Of a stretch of DNA of 32,355 nt, positions 17,070-24,500 are shown one piece after another (positions within the stretch are counted from its first letter, which is position 1; every line of letters starts with the position of its first letter). The translations under genes and the position numbers were made by a program. The notes under the pieces were generated by a model. The model did no database searches. It had not been told where the DNA came from and saw nothing but the letters and a program-made list of their open reading frames with translations. Origin of the DNA: an uncultured Planctomycetia bacterium (GTDB lineage: Bacteria; Planctomycetota; UBA8108; UBA8890; UBA8898); contig CAZGYL010000002.1 of assembly GCA_964529985.1 (NCBI GenBank), forward strand, positions 1 through 32,355, read 5' to 3'.

Positions 17070-18122
17070 TTAGAGGCCGCCGTAAAGCTCGCAGGATAGG
17101 TCATCCGGAGTCGGATCCAGGCCCAGATCCGGGAAAGGAGGGGGCAGGGGGGGCGCTCCGCCGAACAGGAAGCCCAGAATGCGGACCGGGTCTGCTATGT
17201 CAATTACACCGTCGTCGTTTGCATCGGCCGTATCCAGGCACCCTACGGCCTTGTTGGAGAAAAGGTAGCCCAGCACCAGAATTGGATCCGCGATATCGAG
17301 GGAACCGTCGCCGTTTGCATCGCCCCGCATAAACAACGTCCCGCAAGCAAACGAGCCTTCGGCGCAGTCCGTTCCGTTGCAAACCTGTACGGCAACGTTT
17401 TTCGGCTCCCCGCAATTGTAACTCTCAATGATGATTGTGTTCTGGTCCACAAGGGTGAATTCCTGTGCAACCCCCTCAACAGATACCTGTGTCTGAGGGA
17501 TGAACCCCGAACCTTGAATGGTTACCGTTGCTACGTTGCCTTGGTACTCTGCGCTCACTTCCGAAATAGAGATCTCAGGCCAGGTTACGTTCAACGTGCC
17601 GTCACGCAGCGCGGGGAATATGTCGTCCAGCGCCTCGTTGGTCGCATATGCGTTTCGAAGGAGCGCTCCCGTACCGCCTTCGCCCGTGCGGCGTCCTTCC
17701 TCGGGGAGGTGCAGCGCGTAGACACCGGGCGGAATGCCGGGATTCAGCTTACAGGTGAAGCCTCCCACCGGAATATCAGTGCCGCCGGGCAACGTAGTAC
17801 CGTCATACGGCGGCAGGAAGTCCATGATCCAACCGAAGGCCGCCCAAGTATCTGTCACAATCGAGTCGGACCACTCAGGGGCAGGATCGCTCGGCAGAAT
17901 AAGATCTTGGACTTGGAACATACCCGGGTCATATGCAACGACCGCGGTTAAGCCGGCGATATTATCTTCAGCGGTAAGGAAAAAGGAAACGGAGAAGGTG
18001 CTTTCAAGAGCCGATACGTTCACGTCACCGACCCTAAGAACAGGCTCCCCCGCAAACAAGCCGCACTTGTATACACAAAGCACAAGCACCGAAAACAACA
18101 AAGATTGTCGGAGTAATCGCAT
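17070..18122 (-). CDS. Secreted 350-aa protein: cohesin-like domain, IPT/TIG domain and dockerin-like module
   Basis: Signal-like N-terminus MRLLRQSLLFSVLVLCVYKCGLFAG. Residues about 27-175 (LRVGDVNVSALESTFSVSFFLTAEDNIAGLTAVVAYDPGMFQVQDL ... GGFTCKLNPGIPPGVYALHL ... DGTLNV) follow the cohesin strand pattern. An IPT-like segment is present (ISEVSAEYQGNVATVTIQGSGFIPQTQVSVEGVAQEFTLVDQNTIIIES). The tail reads RGDANGDGSLDIADPILVLGYLF...DANDDGVIDIADPVRILGFLF. AGAGG lies 6 nt upstream of ATG 18122. Confidence refers to the CDS; the cohesin assignment alone is about 0.55. Confidence 0.85.
   Translation of the reverse strand: MRLLRQSLLFSVLVLCVYKCGLFAGEPVLRVGDVNVSALESTFSVSFFLTAEDNIAGLTAVVAYDPGMFQVQDLILPSDPAPEWSDSIVTDTWAAFGWIMDFLPPYDGTTLPGGTDIPVGGFTCKLNPGIPPGVYALHLPEEGRRTGEGGTGALLRNAYATNEALDDIFPALRDGTLNVTWPEISISEVSAEYQGNVATVTIQGSGFIPQTQVSVEGVAQEFTLVDQNTIIIESYNCGEPKNVAVQVCNGTDCAEGSFACGTLFMRGDANGDGSLDIADPILVLGYLFSNKAVGCLDTADANDDGVIDIADPVRILGFLFGGAPPLPPPFPDLGLDPTPDDLSCELYGGL
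17073..17330 (-). other. Dockerin-like module (C-terminus of the cohesin-like protein)
   Basis: MRGDANGDGSLDIADPILVLGYLFSNKAVGCLDTADANDDGVIDIADPVRILGFLFGGAPPLPPPFPDLGLDPTPDDLSCELYGGL. Confidence 0.7.
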
Positions 18123-18548
18123 AGCGCACCTCTGCTCGATCTTCTCATTACTATCCTAGAGCTTCTGCCAACCAAAAGCAACCGGCCGGGTCGGAGCATG
18201 GCATGTTTGCTGTGACAGCTCTTTAACAGAATGCGCCTGAGACCGGAACGACCTCAGGCGCCGCCCGAGCCGCCTTGGCGCAGCGGCACCGGTTCCCATA
18301 CAATAGAAAGGTCAGCAGGGCGTCGGCCTATAACGGTTGAAAAGTGCGATGGAACGGTTTCGGTTCACTATGGGAGAGGTCCCGTCCTTCATGTCGTTCC
18401 CGTTCGGGCTTCTCGGTTTTCACAATAGGTTTAACAGCGCCTTACTGGTCCGAGTAGGTGTAGTGCGAATCGGTGCAGTTTGAACGCAAGCTGTACAGCT
18501 CGGAACAGGATCCCGCTTTTTCAGTTTGAAACGGAGGTAGCTTAGTTA

Positions 18549-21500
18549 ATGGGCGGTGATAATAACATGGGCATCTTGAGAAAAGTTACAGCGCTTCCGA
18601 CGTTGTACGCATTCGTATTGCTGCAAAGCGCGTTGGCAGGGCCTTACGACGTACGCATCAACGAACTTCATTACCACCCGGCGGGTGAAGACCAGGCGCT
18701 TGAATTCGTTGAGCTTCACAACACCGGGGAGACGGACGTTGACCTTTCAGGCTGGTCGTTCACCTCGGGAATCACTTACACGTTTCCCTCTGGTGTTGTG
18801 ATACCGGCTTTCGGCTACTTGGTCGTCGCCAAGGATCCCGCCGCGCTTCAGGAAGTTTTCGGCCCCCTGCCTGTTGTAGGCCCTTACGAAGGATTTCTTT
18901 CGGACGGTGGCGAATGGATCAGGCTTGAAGATTCACGGGGAAGGGTGATTGAAGAGTTCAGCTGGAGTGATTCGGCGGCTTGGCCCCAGAGGGCGGACGG
19001 CCGGGGTGCTTCGCTTGAGCTTATCCGCCCGCGCGCGGAGCCTGATTGGGGTGACAGCTGGGCCTCAAGTGTGGTCGTAAACGGCACCCCAGGTTCGGTA
19101 AACAGCCATTCCGAAGGGTACGAAGAGCAGACGATCCTCACCGAGGGCGCGCAAGGGCGCTACTTCAAGGGCGTAGCCGATCCTCCCGCCGATTGGACGG
19201 ACCCTGATTTTGATGACTCTTCGTGGCCTTCGGGGCCCAGCGGTTTCGGTTACGGGGACGGGGACGATGCCACCGTGCTTACGAATATGCAGGGCAATTA
19301 CAGCACCGTTTACGTGCGCATGTATTTCAGCCTGACCGATACCGATTTCCGGAAACTTTCCCTTTCGGTTGTTTTTGACGACGGATTTGTCGCTTACCTG
19401 AACGGCCAGGAAGTGGCGAGGTTTCTGGCTCCCGGTTCCCCCGGAGAGTTTGTGCCTCATACAGCTTTAGCCGCTGATCTCCACGAATACACCGACGGAC
19501 CTGCCGCAGTGGACCTGACGGCGTTTATTCCGCTGTTGCGTGAAGGTGACAACGTTCTTGCTCTTGTGGGTCTTAATGAATCGCTTGATTCCTCAGATCT
19601 TTCGCTCGCGCCCACTCTTTCGGGGGTGAAGCGGGTTTTGGGCATCGATGAGGTAATGGGCCGGCGTGTTGTGGAATCGGTTATTCGGCAGGGAGAACGG
19701 TGGCGTTATTTCAAGGGCACGGAAGAGCCGCCCGAGGGCTGGACGGCCGTTGATTTCGACGACAGTGCGTGGCCTGAGGGGGTGGCGGGCTTCGGCTACG
19801 GCGACAACGACGACGCCACCGTGCTTGAGGATATGCAGCGGATTCCCGGGACCCAGCCCGGATACAGCACGCTTTACCTGCGCCGGACCTTTTCCCTGCA
19901 GGGAGACCCCCAGTCGGTGCACCGCCTTTACCTGCGGATCGATTACGATGACGGTTTCGTCGCCTATCTCAACGGTGTAGAGGTGGCCCGCAGCCCGAAT
20001 GTCACCGGATCGCCGCCTGCCCACGATGCGCTTGCAACCGCGCAACACGAAGCAGGCGCTGTGGAAACCTATGATATTACGGCGTTTCGCGGGCTGCTCA
20101 GTGACGGAGTGAACTGCCTGGCCGTTCAAGGGCTCAACACTTCACTTGAAAGCTCAGACTTTTCTCTCCACCCGGAGCTTGTGATCGACCACACGGTAAG
20201 AGCGCGGCCTGAGGCATTGAGCTGTCCGGTTGAGATCAACGAGATCGCGCCTTCTGCCGTGGGAGGGTGGATCGAGCTTTTCAATCCATCGGACGCTCCG
20301 TGGGATTTGAGCTCTTACCGTTTGGGACTCTCACCTCGGCAGACGGCGCTTTACGGTTTTCCCCAAGGCACCATCATTCAGCCGCACTCTTTCTTGGTTG
20401 TGAACGAGCAGGATCTCGGCGCTCAGATACCGACCGCCGGTGTGGTTCTTCTTACTGATCCTGCAGGGCTTCTTCTTGTCGACAGCCGCGCTTACGATCT
20501 CAAAGGCGCGGCGGCCGGCTCCTGCGCGCGGTATCCTGACGGCAGGGGGCCCATGAAGGTGGTTCCCGGCGCCACGCCCGGTGAACCGAACACACCTTCT
20601 CTTTCACACGACGTGGTGATCAATGAGATTATGTATCACCCCGCAGCAGCGCCCGGGGAAGTGGAGCCCGAATGGATAGAGCTCTGGAACACTGGCTCTG
20701 AAACTTTGGACTTAACGGGTTGGGCTTTTACCAGGGGAATAGACTTCCGCTTTCCCGACGGAACCACTTTGCCTGCAGGAGGTTTTCTTGTTGTCGCCAA
20801 GGATCCCGACCGGCTTACAGCCGAGTATGGGACGACCAATGTGGTGGGGCCGTTTGAGAGCGGACTTAAGAACGACGAAGAGTTGATCCTCCTGCGGGAT
20901 AACTATGGCAATCAGGTGGACAGAGTTCATTACGCCGACGACGGCAGGTGGCCCACAGAGGCAGACGGCGGGGGGCCGAGCATTGAGCTTATCAATCCGG
21001 CGTATGACAACAGAAGCGGCCAAGCGTGGGCTGCAAGCGCCGGAGCCGGAACCCCGGGCGCTATGAACAGCGCATATCAGGCGGATGTTCCACCCCTTGT
21101 AAAAAGAGTCCGCCACAGCCCGGCTGTACCTTCTTCCGCCTCGCCTGTTACGATCTCCTGCAGTGTGGAATCGCCGACTTCGCCCATCGCCCGTGTGACT
21201 TTGTACTGGAAGATAGACGGCCAGGATGACTTCACCGCTACTGAGCTTTCCGATGATGGAGCCTCGGGTGACGGAGAGGCAGGCGATGGGGTTTGGGGAG
21301 TGATTCTCAATCCGTTTCCCGCCGGCACGGTTGTCTGTTTCGCCATTGTAGCTGAAAGTGAGACGGGCAAAAGCCGCACAGTGCCGGCCTCCTGGGCTCA
21401 AGACCAAAGCGTGACAATGCTTTTCCAAGTTCAGGACGATTTGCCTTTCTGGTCTGATCCCACCTACCGGATCGTGATGACGGCTGATCGGATAGATACA

Positions 21501-24500
21501 TTGCGCTCGCGTTCCATTTGGAGCGATGAGCTGCTGGATGCGACCTTTATCGCCGGTGAGGAGATCTTCTACAACGTGGGGATCCGCTACAGGGGCCGCA
21601 GCGCGCGGTACCACACGCCCAAGAGCTACCGCGTGCAGCTTACCGACGACGAAAAATTCCGGGATATGAAGCGGATCAACATAAACGGATACCGCCCGGA
21701 GACACAGCACCTGGGTATGGGCCTGTTCCGGGTAAGCCGGGTTCCCGCACCTATAAGCCGGCCGGTGAGGTTTGTTTTCGACAACAAGGTTGTCAACCGC
21801 TATGTGCACATGGAAGCGGTCCATGAAGGGTTCTTGCGGAGGCGGTTCCCGGGCGATGACGAAGGAAACCTCTACCGAGGGGAGCAGCGGGCCAACCTGG
21901 ATTGGCGCGGAAGCGATAAAGAAGCGTACCGCCCGTATTACCTTAAGCGCACAAACGTCGAGGAGGACGATTTCTCAGACATTATGGAGCTTTGCTATGT
22001 CTTCGACCGGGATACGACCCCTGATGACGAAGTCTTTTACCAGCGGCTCCAGGAGCTTGTCGACATTGAGGAGTGGGCCAGGTTCTTTGCGGTTCATACG
22101 GTTATAAGCACCCAAGAGGGCGGGATTTACAGGGACAAAGGCGATGATTATTACCTTTACCGCCGGCCGAGCGACGGCAAATGGGTGCTGATTCCTTGGG
22201 ACGTGGACGACAGTTTTCTGAATCCGACCGAACGACTTTTCCGGCCGACCGTTCCTTCTATCGTGCGCTTTCTGCATCACCCCGCCGTAACGCCTTACTA
22301 CTACGCTGCGTTGAAGGAACTTACAGGAGGCGCATTCTCCGAAGAGACGATCGGAAGAAAAATCGATGAGCTCATAGGGATAATCTCAGAGAACCGCGCC
22401 GAAGAGCTGCATGCCTTCGCGCAGCAAAGACGTACTTTCATTGACGAACGAGTTCCGACGGAATTCCATGCTTCGCTCGGCCCCGATACGCTCGTAAGTG
22501 CGGAGAGCGAAACTTGGCGCTATTTCCGGGGAACGACGGAGCCTTCCGGCGGGACCACCGCTTGGACCGCCGTGGATTTCGATGACAGCTCGTGGCCCAC
22601 CGGACCCGGGGGGTTCGGATACGGCGACGGTGATGACGCGACAGTGCTTGACGATATGCGGGGCAATTACACCACCGTTTATCTGCGGCATACTTTTACG
22701 GTTGACGATCCTTCTGAGATCCAGAGCCTGGCTTTGGCCGTCCTAGTAGATGATGGTTTTGTAGCTTACCTGAACGGCACTGAAGTGGCTCGATTCCATG
22801 CGCCCGGCGTACCGGGTGATCCGGTACCTGCAGGAAGCACGGCGACAGCGGATTGGGAGGCGCGAACGCCGCTTACCTTCCGCATTGAGAATGCAGGCGG
22901 GATCCTTCGCCGCGGCACAAACGTGCTTGCGCTTCAAGGGTTGAATTCGTCCCTCAACAGCAGCGACTTTTCCCTGGCCGCCACCTTGGGCCGAGGAGTT
23001 CTTGTTGCTGAAGGCTGCCCGGGTGACTTGTATGTGGCGGGAACGGATCTCCTTATCTCAGGCGTGACTTCAGTAGCCGACACCTTTCACGTGGCGGTAA
23101 ACGGAGAGGAGATTCCTTTCGATCCCATGACCGGCGAATTTGAGGCGTTGGTTTCGATCGCCGCCGGGGTGGAGCACATAATCGTCGAGGCGCTTCGAGA
23201 GGATCTGAGCATCTACGACCGCGCTGAGTTTACAGTAACGGTGGTTCAATCAATAGGCGGAGTGCTGCCCGGCGACAGGACGCTCGAAGCTTCCGGCGGC
23301 CCTTACCTTGTGGGGGGATCTCTCGTCGTACCGGCAGGCGTGACCCTCACCGTCGAGCCCGGCACGGAGCTTATCTTCCGAGAAGGGGTGACCGTACGGG
23401 TTGAGGGTGGAATTTCAGCTGAGGGAACGCAGGACCTGCCGATCGTTCTAAGCGGCGTAAGTTGTGTTGAGAACTGGGGCGCTTTTGATCTGCGGGGAAC
23501 GACCCAGGACAATAGATTCGCCTGGTGTGTCTTTAAGGGAGCGGGTGCTTTGGGAAGCAGTCCTGCTGCCCTTACCGTGCGCTCCGGAAATGTCGCTCTT
23601 TCGCACTGCACCTTTGAAGACATCTCGGGCGACGCCCTCTTCGGAGCTTCTTCGACGATAAGCGTGGCCGATACAACGATCCGCCGGGCTGACCGAGGCG
23701 TTGTACTTGAGTGGTGTCCTTCTGCTGCCATCGAGCGCACGTTGATCGAGGACCTCCAAGGCACCGGAACGTGTATATCGGTAAACGGCTCAATGGCTTC
23801 CCCGGTAGCGATCGTTGATTGCACCGTGGGGGACACGCCCGGTGTGGGCGTAACCGTTGAGAATGGAGCGGTCCGCGTTTCAGGGTGCACGATAAGCGGT
23901 TGCGGCAAGGCCGGACTCAGCCTCTACGGATCCCAAAGGAGTATCGTTGAGAAAAGTCTGATCCATCACAATCATATCGGGATCGCTCTGCACGACAGCC
24001 ACAGAGCGCTCCTTGATCACAATACGATAGTCGACAACACAAAGGCCGGAATCGTTTGTTCCGAGGCGACCGAAGGTCGTGGAAGCGGACATGCGGAGGT
24101 ACGAAGCTGTATTGTCTACTTCAACGGAGAAGCTTTGCAGATCGATGATCTCGGCACGGCGGCCTTTGCGTTCAGCGATATCGAGATGACTCCTTTGCCG
24201 CCCGGCGAAGGGAATTTCAACTCCGATCCGCTTTTTACCGACCATGGAGCTGCGCAGTACAGCTTGAGTGCGGACTCCCCCTGCATAGGTGCCGGGGAGA
24301 ACGGTACAGATGTCGGTGCAATACCTTACACGGACGTGCCGGGGGCGCCTCGATCGCTGCGCGTTGTGGGAGTTACCTCAAGCAGTATCGCGCTTGCTTG
24401 GGACGATGCTTCGGTGAACGAAGATGGATTTGAGCTTTACCGCAAGGGACCGGGAGAGGAGGATTTTCAACTTATTGCCGCATTGGCCGCCGACACAACA

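Noticed and set aside
18231-18428. 65-aa ORF in the divergent spacer of the giant-protein cluster.
   Set aside because: There is no Shine-Dalgarno site, although almost every real gene here has GGAGG. The product is Arg/Pro-rich, and the ORF begins inside the 9-bp hairpin. Most likely non-coding.
18489-18500. Perfect 12-bp palindrome AGCTGTACAGCT as a stand-alone operator call.
   Set aside because: Roughly eight perfect 12-bp palindromes are expected by chance in 32 kb of random sequence (window length x 4^-6). On its own it is not significant, so it is mentioned only as context in the spacer finding.
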